Shown here: piece after piece, positions 1 through 10,195 of the stretch | Position numbering within the stretch: the first letter of the stretch is position 1 | Layout of the letters: every line of letters begins with the position of its first letter | Assembly: GCA_040772685.1 (NCBI GenBank) | Contig: JAXGXQ010000001.1 | Span: 449,930-513,929 of the forward strand | DNA length: 64,000 nucleotides | DNA from: Clostridia bacterium | GTDB lineage: Bacteria > Bacillota > Clostridia > Saccharofermentanales > UBA5734 | Direction of reading: 5' to 3' | Notes under the pieces: model-generated | Seen by the model: only the letters and a program-made list of their open reading frames with translations | What the model was told of the DNA's origin: nothing | Databases searched by the model: none | Program-made: the position numbers and the translations under genes

Positions 1-196
1 TCTCAAAAGCTCTTGCCCCACTGTCAAAGGCAAATCCTTCATGAAAGAATGTGCCGATCAGCCCGCCGGTTTTATTCTGTTTCTCAAGTACAAGTGTGCG
101 CAGCCCGCTACGGCTCAGGTAAGCTGCGCATGTCAAGCCGGCAATGCCTCCGCCGACTACAACCGCTTCGTAAGATTCTACTTTAGGTTGGCTCAT
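1..196 (-). CDS. FAD-dependent oxidoreductase, N-terminal part only (gene runs off the left edge)
   Basis: Minus-strand translation from the ATG at 196-194 gives MSQPKVESYEAVVVGGGIAGLTCAAYLSRSGLRTLVLEKQNKTGG. This is a Rossmann GxGxxG dinucleotide-binding N-terminus. The ATG overlaps the stop of the upstream paralog (ATGA at 193-196). Confidence 0.6.
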   Translation of the reverse strand, partial: MSQPKVESYEAVVVGGGIAGLTCAAYLSRSGLRTLVLEKQNKTGGLIGTFFHEGFAFDSGARAFE

Positions 197-2037
197 GCTT
201 TTAACCCCATCAGATAGTCCAAGACTTCACGAACAGCTACAGGTTCTTCGCCCTCAATACCGAGAATACAATTTGCTTCGAATTCAATCAGCTTGTCCTT
301 TTCCACTGACTGCTGCTGCCAACGCTTCAGCGCTCCGACGAAATTGCCGACAGCAACCCGCCGCATAATGCCCCGGACATCCAGCTTGTCAACAGGTGCG
401 CAGACCGGTTTCTCACACATGCGGCAGCGCCTTGCCTGACACATTACAGCCCTCTGGTCTGCAGGATAGGTATCATAAAGCTGATCTTGAGTAAATGGCT
501 TATTTACCAGACGCACGTAGTCCTTCATACGTGGGTTCCAGACAAATGGTTCTTTTCCCAGTTTTTTCAGTAAGGCATTCGCTGCTGCCAGTCCTTCAGT
601 CGTAACGGTAGGTGTGCCGGTACCCATTACTGTCGACTCACCGCAACAGAAGAGATTATCCCATTCAGTTTTTGTTTTAAGCCGCTTAAACATGTGCTGC
701 CCCAGCATTTGCTTGGGCCCCGCAACGGCTCCGCCATTTTTTAGTGTATAGCGCTCAATTGTCCGGGGAGTGGCCAGCTCCTTGTAGCGCAGGCCTTTAC
801 GATATCCAGGGAAACGTTTTTCGAGGACAGATACTAACCGTTCTTCTTCCTGTTTTTTCAGCCTGTCATACTCTTCTGTGCTGCCTGACTCCCAATTATT
901 AAAAGTCGGTCCGATGGCAATAACCGTATGTTCATCTTCAGCACAAAGAGTGCGATCATCAATACTGAGGATGTAGGCTGTAACTTCACTCTCATCCAGC
1001 TCTGCAGGGTTGCCGATCAACATCTCAATCGGCAGGGTATCCTCAGGTATTACCTTGCGGTCAACTACTGTATAAAAAACAACGCTGGGGTACGTCGGTA
1101 CTTGCTTTTTTGCCCACGTGCGCCGCTGTGCACTGCTGTTCCGGGGATCGATCAGCTTGCCGTAAAGATTCCACACAGTGCCCGAATAAATTAGATAATC
1201 AGCCTGCAGTTCAGTACCATTATCGAGCAGTACACCGTTGGGTTTCCCATCTCGAAACGTGATCTCAACCACCTCTCGCTCCAACAACATTTCGCCGCCG
1301 TGTTCTTCAATAACTTTCTCTAATTTGCCGGGCAGGAAAACTGTTGAACCGGCGGGGTAGAAACTGCCGCCGACGTGATTGTCAATGAACATTATTGCGG
1401 CCAGGATAGCCGGTGCTTCTTTTACTGTAGCGTAACAATAGGTCGAAGTCAGCTTGTCGAAAAAATTGAAGATATCTGGATTACTAAAGTATATTTTCAG
1501 CAGCTGTTCAGCGCTCTGATTGAGATAGCTCAGGAATTTTAAATATGAAACGGGGTGCTTAAAGAAGCTCTTCATGCCCGCGACAGGATCTGTCTCGTCA
1601 GGTGTAGTATAACTTGGGGTCTCGACCATCACATGCTTGTAGAGCTTACTCATATCCTGATAAAACCGTTTGATGTTTTCGGTTTCATCGGGAAAGAAGC
1701 TGGCCAGTTCAGTCGAAAAACGTTCAACATCGAGCCAGAAAGGGATACGTTTGTCTTGATAATTTACTCGGTAAAGCAAATCATGTTGAATTATGTCAAT
1801 TGGTTCTTCAAGACAATTAAAAACGAAGCGGTGCGCGTTGAAACCTTTCTCACCGAAACCGTAAAGCATGGCTGAGCCGATATCAAAAGTAACATGACCG
1901 CGCCGGAATGTTCCACAGGAGCCGCCTGGATTATAATTACGATCAACAACTGCTGTCTTAAGGCCGCGTTTCGCTAGCAAACTTGCTGCTGTCAGCCCCG
2001 AAAGGCCTCCACCAATTACAATGACATCGTAATCCAT
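193..2037 (-). CDS. NAD(P)/FAD-dependent oxidoreductase (CrtI/phytoene-desaturase-like fold) with a Cys-rich C-terminal tail
   Basis: 614-aa ORF. The N-terminus DVIVIGGGLSGLTAASLLAKRGLKTAVVDRNYNPGG is a classic FAD-binding motif. The C-terminal CQARRCRMCEKPVCAPV cluster resembles a Fe-S-binding helical domain. Confidence 0.8.
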   Translation of the reverse strand: MDYDVIVIGGGLSGLTAASLLAKRGLKTAVVDRNYNPGGSCGTFRRGHVTFDIGSAMLYGFGEKGFNAHRFVFNCLEEPIDIIQHDLLYRVNYQDKRIPFWLDVERFSTELASFFPDETENIKRFYQDMSKLYKHVMVETPSYTTPDETDPVAGMKSFFKHPVSYLKFLSYLNQSAEQLLKIYFSNPDIFNFFDKLTSTYCYATVKEAPAILAAIMFIDNHVGGSFYPAGSTVFLPGKLEKVIEEHGGEMLLEREVVEITFRDGKPNGVLLDNGTELQADYLIYSGTVWNLYGKLIDPRNSSAQRRTWAKKQVPTYPSVVFYTVVDRKVIPEDTLPIEMLIGNPAELDESEVTAYILSIDDRTLCAEDEHTVIAIGPTFNNWESGSTEEYDRLKKQEEERLVSVLEKRFPGYRKGLRYKELATPRTIERYTLKNGGAVAGPKQMLGQHMFKRLKTKTEWDNLFCCGESTVMGTGTPTVTTEGLAAANALLKKLGKEPFVWNPRMKDYVRLVNKPFTQDQLYDTYPADQRAVMCQARRCRMCEKPVCAPVDKLDVRGIMRRVAVGNFVGALKRWQQQSVEKDKLIEFEANCILGIEGEEPVAVREVLDYLMGLKA

Positions 2038-2214
2038 ATTCCCCCCATAATGATTACCAACAATATCAACAGGATGGATAGTGCCAATTAATGTATTTTT
2101 TCTGACAGAACAGGAGTTGATTGATTTTATCAGAAATCAAGCCGGCTGTGTTATTATCATTCTGAAACCTATCACATTAGAGCAGATAATAGCTGCGAAA
2201 GGAAGGTATGACGT

Positions 2215-2973
2215 ATCAGAGCATTAGTAACAGGAGCCAGTTCCGGTATCGGGCGCGATCTGGCTAAAGAACTAAGCGCCCGCGGTTATGAACTTATCCT
2301 GACTGGGCGTAATCAAAAGGCCCTTGAAGAACTGCAAACTGAGCTACCAACGTTTTCAGAAGTTTATGTCCTCGATCTCACCGATCCGCAAGCCTGCCTG
2401 GAGCTGCATAACGCTGTAAAGGAAAAAGGCCTGGATATTCTGGTTAACAATGCCGGCATGGGTGTGTACGGCGAATATCACGAAACCAGCCTGGAAGCAG
2501 AGATTGCCCAGATCAATCTCAATGTGGGTGCTCTTGGGATTCTGACGAAGTTGTTTTTGGCCGATTTTGTCGCGGCTGACCACGGCGCGATTCTCAATGT
2601 CGCTTCTCTGGCGGCCTTTGTCCCCGGCCCGATGATGGCAGGTTACTATGCCTCAAAATCCTATGTGTTGCGTCTTAGCCAGGCGATATACGAAGAATTG
2701 CGTCAGCGTGGCAGCAAAGTATCGATCAGTGTTCTCTGCCCCGGTCCGGTGCGAACCGGTTTTAATCAACGCGCCGGCGTAGACGAGGGCGTTCCAGGCA
2801 TGGAAAGCTCCGATGTTGCCGCCTATGCAGTTAAATTGATGTTTAAGCGCAAGCTGGTAATAATTCCTGGTTTTATGATGAGATTAACCCGGTGGGGACA
2901 AAGTTTATTGCCGACTAAACTGCTATTACGAGTACTATACAGGTTGCAACTGCTGAAAAAAGTTTCTGAGTAG
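2215..2973 (+). CDS. SDR-family short-chain dehydrogenase/reductase (start codon unresolved)
   Basis: The frame contains ALVTGASSGIG (TGxxxGxG cofactor motif, from 2221), NNAG, and YxxxK (YYASKSY). This frame has no ATG/GTG/TTG before 2458. An ATC at 2215 lies 8 nt after the AAAGGAAGG RBS. Confidence 0.7.
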   Translation: MRALVTGASSGIGRDLAKELSARGYELILTGRNQKALEELQTELPTFSEVYVLDLTDPQACLELHNAVKEKGLDILVNNAGMGVYGEYHETSLEAEIAQINLNVGALGILTKLFLADFVAADHGAILNVASLAAFVPGPMMAGYYASKSYVLRLSQAIYEELRQRGSKVSISVLCPGPVRTGFNQRAGVDEGVPGMESSDVAAYAVKLMFKRKLVIIPGFMMRLTRWGQSLLPTKLLLRVLYRLQLLKKVSE

Positions 2974-3002
2974 CTGACACCAGGTTGCTCGGCTTCAACA
3001 TG

Positions 3003-4361
3003 TCACCTGTCAGGCTTGAAGCTGGGATAGCTACCTTCACTGCCGTCCAGTCGCGTCAGGCTTCTAACCTCAGCCAGCACTCGCTCTTCATCAATTGTTT
3101 GAATCTCGCGTTTATACATCAGAAAATTTCCGTCTACCATTAGTGATTCCACGTAGTCAGCGGCACCACTGTACACCATGGCCGCCTCGTAGTCACCTGC
3201 CGGCTGCAGGGCAGGATGATTCAGATTTACCACCTGTAAATCGGCCGGATGGCCGGCGGCAATATAACCGGATTCGACGAAACCCATTCCGGCAAAGCCG
3301 TTACAGGTTGCCAGCCGTAAAATTTCCGTAGCTGGAAGCACGCTGGCATCCAGATGAGTGGCTTTGGCGATTAACGCTGCTAAAAGCATTTCCCGGTACA
3401 TATCAAGCCGATTGTTACTTGCAGCTCCGTCTGTTCCTAAACCGACCTTTATTCCAGCTTTCAACATGGCAGGCACATCTGCCAGCCCGCTTCCTAACTT
3501 CATGTTACTTGCGGGACAATGCACTGCCAGCAAATTAGGCCTGGCCAGAATCTGTCGATCTTCTTCGTTAAGATGCACACAATGCGCAGCAATAACAGGA
3601 CCATCCAGGATTCCAGCGTCAGCCAGAAAAGCAGGCGGCCGTCTGCCGGTTTTTGCCAGGCAGTCCTGCACTTCCCTAGCAGTTTCCGATATATGCACTT
3701 GGATCGGGCACCCAGCAGCTTGGGCCATAGCGGCAAGTTCCGAGTACAAGGATTCCTGGTAAAGATATACGGAATGAACCATCAGCGAAACCCGAATTCT
3801 GCCGTTGGCACTGCCGTCATAGTCAGAAATGAACTGCTGTAACTCGCCCGGTTTGGCGATTGTTATCCCTGTTTGGCGATCTGTCGACTTGGCCTCGCAG
3901 GCAATCTGACCGCGCATGCCACTTACGGTAATGGCTTCCACTGTCCGGTTGGCAAAAAGGTACATATCTGCTGTTGCGCCAACACCTCCGCGGATCATTT
4001 CGCATAATCCCAGCTGCGTCCCCAGAAACGCGGCCTCTTCGGTCAGCCGTTCTTCGCGCGGGATAATTTCCTTGAACAGCCAGTCGTATAAGCTGAGGTC
4101 ATCAGCAGAATTACGCATCAATGTCATTGCAATATGGTTATGAGCATTAGCAAAAGCCGGCATTAAAAGCCGACCTGTACCATCGTAAATATCGTAGTTG
4201 GAAAATGGCAGCAAAGCTTCGCGAGCGGCTGCTTCCGAGCTGCCAATATACAGGACGCTGCCGCCTGCCGCAACATAAGCATTGTCAAACTGGGTTATAC
4301 CGCCTTTTACGTTTGGCGTGAGTACCGCTATGTTACGAAAAAGAACAGCTTTACTCTTCAT
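3003..4361 (-). CDS. mtaD: amidohydrolase, 5'-methylthioadenosine/S-adenosylhomocysteine deaminase-like
   Basis: About 452 aa with the metal-binding HNH motif (FANAHNHIAMTLMRN) and the later HxxE and GTDG motifs typical of MtaD/DadD-type deaminases. The ATG at 4361 lies inside the last codons of ahcY. Confidence 0.75.
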   Translation of the reverse strand: MKSKAVLFRNIAVLTPNVKGGITQFDNAYVAAGGSVLYIGSSEAAAREALLPFSNYDIYDGTGRLLMPAFANAHNHIAMTLMRNSADDLSLYDWLFKEIIPREERLTEEAAFLGTQLGLCEMIRGGVGATADMYLFANRTVEAITVSGMRGQIACEAKSTDRQTGITIAKPGELQQFISDYDGSANGRIRVSLMVHSVYLYQESLYSELAAMAQAAGCPIQVHISETAREVQDCLAKTGRRPPAFLADAGILDGPVIAAHCVHLNEEDRQILARPNLLAVHCPASNMKLGSGLADVPAMLKAGIKVGLGTDGAASNNRLDMYREMLLAALIAKATHLDASVLPATEILRLATCNGFAGMGFVESGYIAAGHPADLQVVNLNHPALQPAGDYEAAMVYSGAADYVESLMVDGNFLMYKREIQTIDEERVLAEVRSLTRLDGSEGSYPSFKPDR

Positions 4362-5607
4362 TATCAAGCCAATGACTCAGGTAGTATTCCTGCTCAGGTG
4401 TCAAATGTTCAATAATTATGTCTTTTGCTGACAGTAAACGCCAGGCAACGTCATCATCTATAGCAGCAGGCATATCGTACACTTTGGGTTTCAAGCCGGT
4501 GGCATTTTCAGCCATAAACCGTAAACCAAGGGCCTGTAATGCAAAGCTCATATCCATTATTTCAGCCGGGTGGCCATCGCCGGCAGCGAGATTAACTAAA
4601 CGGCCTTCCGCCAACACATACAAGCTGCGCCCATCTTGCAATTTGTATTCTTGAATATTATTTCTCGCTTCACACTTACTTACCGCCAGTTCGGCCAACT
4701 GACGCAAATTGACTTCAACGTCGAAGTGGCCGGCATTACAGAGAATTGCTCCATCTTTCATCAAAACAAAATGTTCTTCTGTAATTACATCCTTGCATCC
4801 TGTCACCGTTACGAATATGTCGCCCTCTAAAGCAGCTGCTGCCATCGGCATAACCTCGTAGCCTTCCATCAGAGCTTCACAAGCGGCGACAGGATCAATT
4901 TCCGTGACAATTACCCGGGCACCCAGACCTTTTGCCCGCATTGCCACGCCGCGGCCACACATGCCAAAGCCGGCCACAACAATTGTTTTGCCGGCAATTA
5001 TCAAATTGGTAGTAGCCATAATCGCTGTGAAAACAGACTGTCCTGTGCCATAACGGTTATCAAATAAATGTTTGCAGCGGGCATCGTTAACCGATAGAAC
5101 CGGGTATAACAGCTGACCTGATTGCTCAAGCAGCCGCAAACGGTGAATTCCTGTTGTCGTTTCTTCACAGGCTCCGCGGATATTGGCTGCAAGATCCTGA
5201 TACTGTGTATGCAGCAAGGCCGCCAAATCACCGCCATCATCAATAATTAAATCAGGTTTGATCGCTAAAGCTGCTTCCAGATGAGATTCATATTCAGTGG
5301 CAGACGCGCCGTAAATACAATATACCTTCATCCCCCCTGCCGCCAGAGCCGCGGCAATATCATCCTGGGTAGACAAAGGATTACAGGCTGTTAAAGCCAC
5401 TTCAGCGCCGCCTGCAGCCAGTGTGCGTGCCAGACAGGCTGTTTTGGCTTCAACATGAATACTTACCGCAATTCGTAAACCGGCAAAAGGCCTGGTTTGT
5501 ATAAACTCTGCTGCGATCTGTTGCAGGACAGGCATGTGTCGCCAGGCCCACTGGATTTTTTGCTCGCCGGTTGCTGCCAACCCAATGTCTTTGATTATCG
5601 ATGTCAT
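4351..5607 (-). CDS. ahcY: adenosylhomocysteinase (short form, about 418 aa)
   Basis: MTSIIKDIGLAATGEQKIQWAWRHMPVL N-terminus and an NAD-binding GFGMCGRGVA motif. A GAGGAAG RBS precedes the ATG at 5607, so the longer ORF start at 5628 is less likely. Confidence 0.9.
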   Translation of the reverse strand: MTSIIKDIGLAATGEQKIQWAWRHMPVLQQIAAEFIQTRPFAGLRIAVSIHVEAKTACLARTLAAGGAEVALTACNPLSTQDDIAAALAAGGMKVYCIYGASATEYESHLEAALAIKPDLIIDDGGDLAALLHTQYQDLAANIRGACEETTTGIHRLRLLEQSGQLLYPVLSVNDARCKHLFDNRYGTGQSVFTAIMATTNLIIAGKTIVVAGFGMCGRGVAMRAKGLGARVIVTEIDPVAACEALMEGYEVMPMAAAALEGDIFVTVTGCKDVITEEHFVLMKDGAILCNAGHFDVEVNLRQLAELAVSKCEARNNIQEYKLQDGRSLYVLAEGRLVNLAAGDGHPAEIMDMSFALQALGLRFMAENATGLKPKVYDMPAAIDDDVAWRLLSAKDIIIEHLTPEQEYYLSHWLDNEE

Positions 5608-5684
5608 ACTTGCTTCCTCAGAACACATTCAAAATTGAACTCTTTAATCAATATAATTTCAGCTGGCAGGCAGAGACCGAGGAA

Positions 5685-8576
5685 TCAGCCGCGGCCATGA
5701 CAGTTTTTGTATTTTTTGCCGCTGCCGCAAGGACACGGGTCATTTCGGCCTGCCTTGTACTGGTCGCGCTTTGCCGGTGCCGGAGCCCCGCCATCTGTAT
5801 GCGGAGTCGCTGCTCCCGGGATTGCGGGACCGCCGCCTGAGCTGCTGCCGCGACTGCCGCGGCGTGGAGCTATTGCGGCTGCAGCATTCTGCTGCCTTGC
5901 CTGTTCATTTGAGCCGCCGCTTTCATCACCTGCGTAGCCGCTGCCGCCATGACCGGCCGTGATATTACGCGCGACACTGCGCCGTTCAACATTTTGTTCT
6001 GTGTTGAAACGGGCACGCATGATCAGGCGAACAGAATCTTCCTGAATAGCCTTATTCATAGCTTCAAACATTTCGAAGCCTTCACGTTTATATTCAATAA
6101 TCGGATCATGTTGAGCGTAGCTGCGCATACCAATGGTATCGCGCAGTTCATCCATGGCATCAATATGATCCATCCACTTGGCATCAACAGTGCGCAACAG
6201 GATCACGCGCTCAATTTCCCGCATTAATTCGGGATTTCCAACTTCATTTTCACGCCTGGCGTAGCGATCGAGCGCTTCCGCAGTGAGCTCACTGGTAAAT
6301 TCTTCAGCATCAATACCGTTACGGGCATCCTTGAGCTTATTCAGCGCATTGAGATCGCCAAAAAGATCACGGATTCTGGCGTCTATCGCAGGGATATCCC
6401 AAGTGGCCGAATCAGGTAGCTCAGAACAAAAATCGAGCATGGTTTCGCGCATCAGGTCTGTGATCATGTGCCGGTAGTTATCCCGCAGATCAGCACCTTC
6501 CAGCACCTGGCGACGCTGGCCATAGATCAGCTCGCGCTGCTTGTTCATTACATCATCGTATTCAAGCACATGCTTGCGGATTGAAAAGTTGCGTGCTTCC
6601 ACCCGCTTCTGGGCGGTTTCAATTGCGCCGGACAGCATTTTGTTTTCCAGCTGCATATCCTCTTCAACACCCAGAGTATTGAAAATTGTGGTCATTCGTT
6701 CGCCGCCGAACAAGCGCAGCAGATCGTCTTCCAGTGAAAGGAAGAACTGGCTCGAACCGGGGTCTCCCTGACGGCCGGCGCGGCCGCGCAGCTGATTGTC
6801 AATTCGGCGCGATTCGTGTCTTTCTGTACCGATTATCGCTAAACCGCCTGCCTCCACCACTTTTTTGTGTTCCAGGGCGGTTTCACGCGCATGCGCTTCG
6901 TTGATTTCTTTGAAGCGGCGGCGGATATCGATAATCTGAGGATCAGTTGTTTCATTGAAAGCAGTAGAAGCTTCGATCAGTTCTTCATCAAAGCCCTGCT
7001 TGCGCAGTTCCTGTTTCGTCATGAACTCAGGATTACCGCCCAGCAGAATATCTGTACCACGGCCGGCCATGTTTGTCGCTATTGTCACAGCGCCAATCCG
7101 CCCTGCCTGAGCGACAATTTCCGCTTCACGTTCGTGCTGCTTGGCATTGAGCACGTTATGAGGGATGCCATTGCGCCGGAATAATTCCGAAATCATCTCG
7201 GAACGCTCAACCGAAACAGTACCAATCAAAATCGGTTGACCAGTTTCATGTATTTCCCGGACAATTTCCAAAAGGCTTTTATATTTGCCATTCTGGGTTT
7301 TGTAAATCGCGTCCGGCCGGTCTTCCCTCACCATTGGTTGATTAGTAGGGATACTGATTACATCAAGAGAATAAATCGTGCGAAACTCGTCTTCTTCGGT
7401 TAAAGCTGTACCAGTCATGCCGGAAAGCTTCTTATACATCCGGAAATAATTCTGGAATGTAATCGTCGCGAGAGTCTTATTCTCCTTCTCGACCTTGACA
7501 TTTTCCTTGGCCTCAATAGCCTGGTGTAAACCGTTGCTATAACGGCGCCCCAGCATCAAGCGGCCAGTGAAGTCGTCAACAATCACGATCTCATCGTCCT
7601 TAACAACATATTGCTGATCGCGATGCATTGTGCCATGGGCTTTGAGCGCGTTGTTAATGTGATGGTTTATTTCGTAGTTTTCCTGATCGGACAGATTCTC
7701 GATATTGAAAAACTTTTCTGCCTTACGAACGCCGCTCGGTGTCATTACAGCGGTTTTAGCTTTTTCATCGACAATATAGTCGGCGTCATCGGTAATATCG
7801 CTTAAGTCAACTTTGGCATCTGTTTCTGTGACAACCATCGGCTTGAGCCTGCGCACAAGCTTGTCGGCCCGCTCATACAGATCAGAAGATGCCTCTCCTT
7901 CACCGGAAATGATCAGCGGGGTACGGGCTTCGTCAATCAGAATGCTGTCAACCTCGTCAATAATCGCGAAATTGAGCGGGCGCTGTACACACTGCTGCAG
8001 ATACATCACCATGTTGTCGCGCAGGTAGTCAAAGCCGAATTCGTTATTGGTTCCGTAAGTGACGTCGCAGGCATAGGCTGCCCGGCGCTGATCATTGTCC
8101 ATACCATGAATAATCAGGCCAACTGACAATCCCAGATAACGGTAAATTTTACCCATCCACTCACTGTCACGCCGGGCCAGATAATCGTTTACTGTGACAA
8201 CATGCACGCCCTTGCCGGTCAGCGCGTTCAGATACACCGGTAAAGTCGCGACCAGAGTTTTGCCTTCACCGGTTTTCATCTCTGCGATCCGGCCTTGATG
8301 CAATACCACGCCGCCAATCAGCTGAACCCGGAAGTGATACATGCCAAGAACTCGCCGCGAAGCCTCCCGCACCGCCGCAAAAGCATCGGGCAACAGATCA
8401 TCGAGTTCAACGCCCTCAGCAAGGCGGGCACGCAGCAATTGCGTGGTTTCTTTTAAATCCGCTTCAGACAAAGCGGCATATTTAGGCGCCAGTTCTTCAA
8501 TTTGGCTGACAATCGGGGTAATACGGCGAATCTCACGTTCACTGTGAGTACCGAATATTTTTTGGAGTAATCCCAT
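5685..8576 (-). CDS. secA: preprotein translocase ATPase SecA
   Basis: 963-aa ORF with a Walker A motif (MKTGEGKT) and a DEVD box ([18 protein letters not shown]). It has the C-terminal zinc-binding tail [14 protein letters not shown]. Confidence 0.97.
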   Translation of the reverse strand: MGLLQKIFGTHSEREIRRITPIVSQIEELAPKYAALSEADLKETTQLLRARLAEGVELDDLLPDAFAAVREASRRVLGMYHFRVQLIGGVVLHQGRIAEMKTGEGKTLVATLPVYLNALTGKGVHVVTVNDYLARRDSEWMGKIYRYLGLSVGLIIHGMDNDQRRAAYACDVTYGTNNEFGFDYLRDNMVMYLQQCVQRPLNFAIIDEVDSILIDEARTPLIISGEGEASSDLYERADKLVRRLKPMVVTETDAKVDLSDITDDADYIVDEKAKTAVMTPSGVRKAEKFFNIENLSDQENYEINHHINNALKAHGTMHRDQQYVVKDDEIVIVDDFTGRLMLGRRYSNGLHQAIEAKENVKVEKENKTLATITFQNYFRMYKKLSGMTGTALTEEDEFRTIYSLDVISIPTNQPMVREDRPDAIYKTQNGKYKSLLEIVREIHETGQPILIGTVSVERSEMISELFRRNGIPHNVLNAKQHEREAEIVAQAGRIGAVTIATNMAGRGTDILLGGNPEFMTKQELRKQGFDEELIEASTAFNETTDPQIIDIRRRFKEINEAHARETALEHKKVVEAGGLAIIGTERHESRRIDNQLRGRAGRQGDPGSSQFFLSLEDDLLRLFGGERMTTIFNTLGVEEDMQLENKMLSGAIETAQKRVEARNFSIRKHVLEYDDVMNKQRELIYGQRRQVLEGADLRDNYRHMITDLMRETMLDFCSELPDSATWDIPAIDARIRDLFGDLNALNKLKDARNGIDAEEFTSELTAEALDRYARRENEVGNPELMREIERVILLRTVDAKWMDHIDAMDELRDTIGMRSYAQHDPIIEYKREGFEMFEAMNKAIQEDSVRLIMRARFNTEQNVERRSVARNITAGHGGSGYAGDESGGSNEQARQQNAAAAIAPRRGSRGSSSGGGPAIPGAATPHTDGGAPAPAKRDQYKAGRNDPCPCGSGKKYKNCHGRG

Positions 8577-8675
8577 GTTTTAAATGATCCTCTTATTCTT
8601 TACCGCCTTCCAGAATTTGCAGGCCAGGCGAATAAACATTTCAGGTGCAATTTCAAATTTTCGTGACTAAAAAGA

Positions 8676-9002
8676 CTATTTTTCTTTTTGTTTGTCGATG
8701 TCTTTTAGGCTGCCGCTTTTATCTAAACGTTCCAGCACCAGCTTGTAACCGTCGGCACCGTACTCAAGCGAGCGGTTAACCCTGCTGATAGTAGCAGTAC
8801 TGACGCCTGTTGCCTCACAAATTTCGGTATAGGTGCTGCCGCGGCTCAGCATAACTGCTACATGCAAGCGCTGCGCCAGGGACTTAAGTTCTGCGATTGT
8901 GCAGATATCTTCAAAGAACGCATAGCATTCCGTATGGTTTTGCAGTGAAAGGATAGCTTCAAACAATAAATCTGTAGCCTGGTCCTTTAGTTTATCATTC
9001 AT
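8676..9002 (-). CDS. YerC/YecD-family TrpR-like small DNA-binding protein
   Basis: LFEAILSLQN..CYAFFEDICTIAELKSLAQRLHVA..L..G.TY.EI...TGVSTATISRVNR is the family signature. A GAGGTGGG RBS precedes the internal ATG at 9002. Confidence 0.8.
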   Translation of the reverse strand: MNDKLKDQATDLLFEAILSLQNHTECYAFFEDICTIAELKSLAQRLHVAVMLSRGSTYTEICEATGVSTATISRVNRSLEYGADGYKLVLERLDKSGSLKDIDKQKEK

Positions 9003-9139
9003 TCTGCCCACCTCTGCTTCGCCCGGTTTTCCGAATGCAGCGCATCCGTTAACAGCCTGTTTCACACGCTAAAATGATAACGTATGAACTCCGTTAAAAC
9101 AAGTAAACAGACGGCGGCCTCCGTTTTCAAATCTGCTGT

Positions 9140-10195
9140 TTATTGTTCTTCAGCGCGCTTTGCTTTGCCGTATGCAATAAGTTCGAAGCTAAGCCCAAGG
9201 CTTTCTGCTTTTCTGCTCAAGCCGGTGAATGTATCTGTATATCTGCTTAAGTCGGCATCTGCTGGTACAATCAGCAACAGGCGCCGAGCTGAAATATCTC
9301 CAGGTTTTATCCAAATTTCACTGTTGCCAAAGGGCTTTGGGGTACCCACAAAAGCAGTTAACCTGGCAAATTGTTCGTTAATGGCCAGCTCAACTGCCTG
9401 TGGCCGGGCATAAGTCGGCTTAGTTAAATCCATGCTTTTAATAGCCAATGCTTCGCCTTGTTCAAACCTGGCGATAACGGGGTAGCTGGCTGGCAAATTG
9501 CCGCCGAATTGCTGGCGCAGCTTTTTGCCGCGAGAAAAATTATCGAGGTGCCAGATTGAACTTTCATCGCCGCTATCTTTTGCAGAACTATCTGTTTTGA
9601 TATCAGCAGGCCGCCAAATCGGGATAAAAGCTACTGCCCGACGATTGGTTTTCCCCAACAAGGTGCGGATTTCATAATCGGCTTCCAGAAACAGTTGATC
9701 AGCTTCCAGGTTCCAGTCCAGCCAGACTTGAGGCGGGTCCAGTTTGTTTTCGATTCCCAGTCGTCGATGCCAGTAATTGATCCGTGCTTCCACAATATCT
9801 GCTAACAATGCTGAAGAAGCCAGATCCAGCACAGCATCGTTGAGCAACGCTTCCAGTTTATCCGGTTGGATAACCTCCAAAATTCCTGTGCGTAACTGTT
9901 TAGCGGCTGTAAAGTCCGGATCAGGCTCAGAATTATCTGCACCTGAATCGGCAGCAAGAATCGAGTTGTTTAAAATATCTGCAATTGGAATATTAATATT
10001 GCTTTCATCGATCAAACTAAAGATTATCGGCGGCAACAATGAAATTTCTGCTGCTGTCCGGTCAAGCGCGGTTTTTAAACGCATTTCCGCCTGCACAGAA
10101 AGACACATTGAGATCAAAAACAAGAGGATCAGCAACAACGGCGGCACAGCCAAAGCTGCTTCTAAAGCAAAAGAACCTTTACGTTTCTGAATCAT
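9140..10195 (-). CDS. TadE-like N-terminal membrane anchor fused to an uncharacterised soluble region
   Basis: 351 aa. The N-terminus KGSFALEAALAVPPLLLILLFLI matches the TadE-like G-x-x-x-x-E plus hydrophobic segment. Its start overlaps the upstream stop by 4 nt. Confidence 0.6.
   Translation of the reverse strand: MIQKRKGSFALEAALAVPPLLLILLFLISMCLSVQAEMRLKTALDRTAAEISLLPPIIFSLIDESNINIPIADILNNSILAADSGADNSEPDPDFTAAKQLRTGILEVIQPDKLEALLNDAVLDLASSALLADIVEARINYWHRRLGIENKLDPPQVWLDWNLEADQLFLEADYEIRTLLGKTNRRAVAFIPIWRPADIKTDSSAKDSGDESSIWHLDNFSRGKKLRQQFGGNLPASYPVIARFEQGEALAIKSMDLTKPTYARPQAVELAINEQFARLTAFVGTPKPFGNSEIWIKPGDISARRLLLIVPADADLSRYTDTFTGLSRKAESLGLSFELIAYGKAKRAEEQ

Noticed and set aside
5707-5962. 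Plus-strand ORFs (76 and 63 aa) at the secA 3' end.
   Set aside because: They are antisense to the Gly/Ala/Pro-rich SecA C-terminal linker and have repetitive Ala/Pro translations with no start context.
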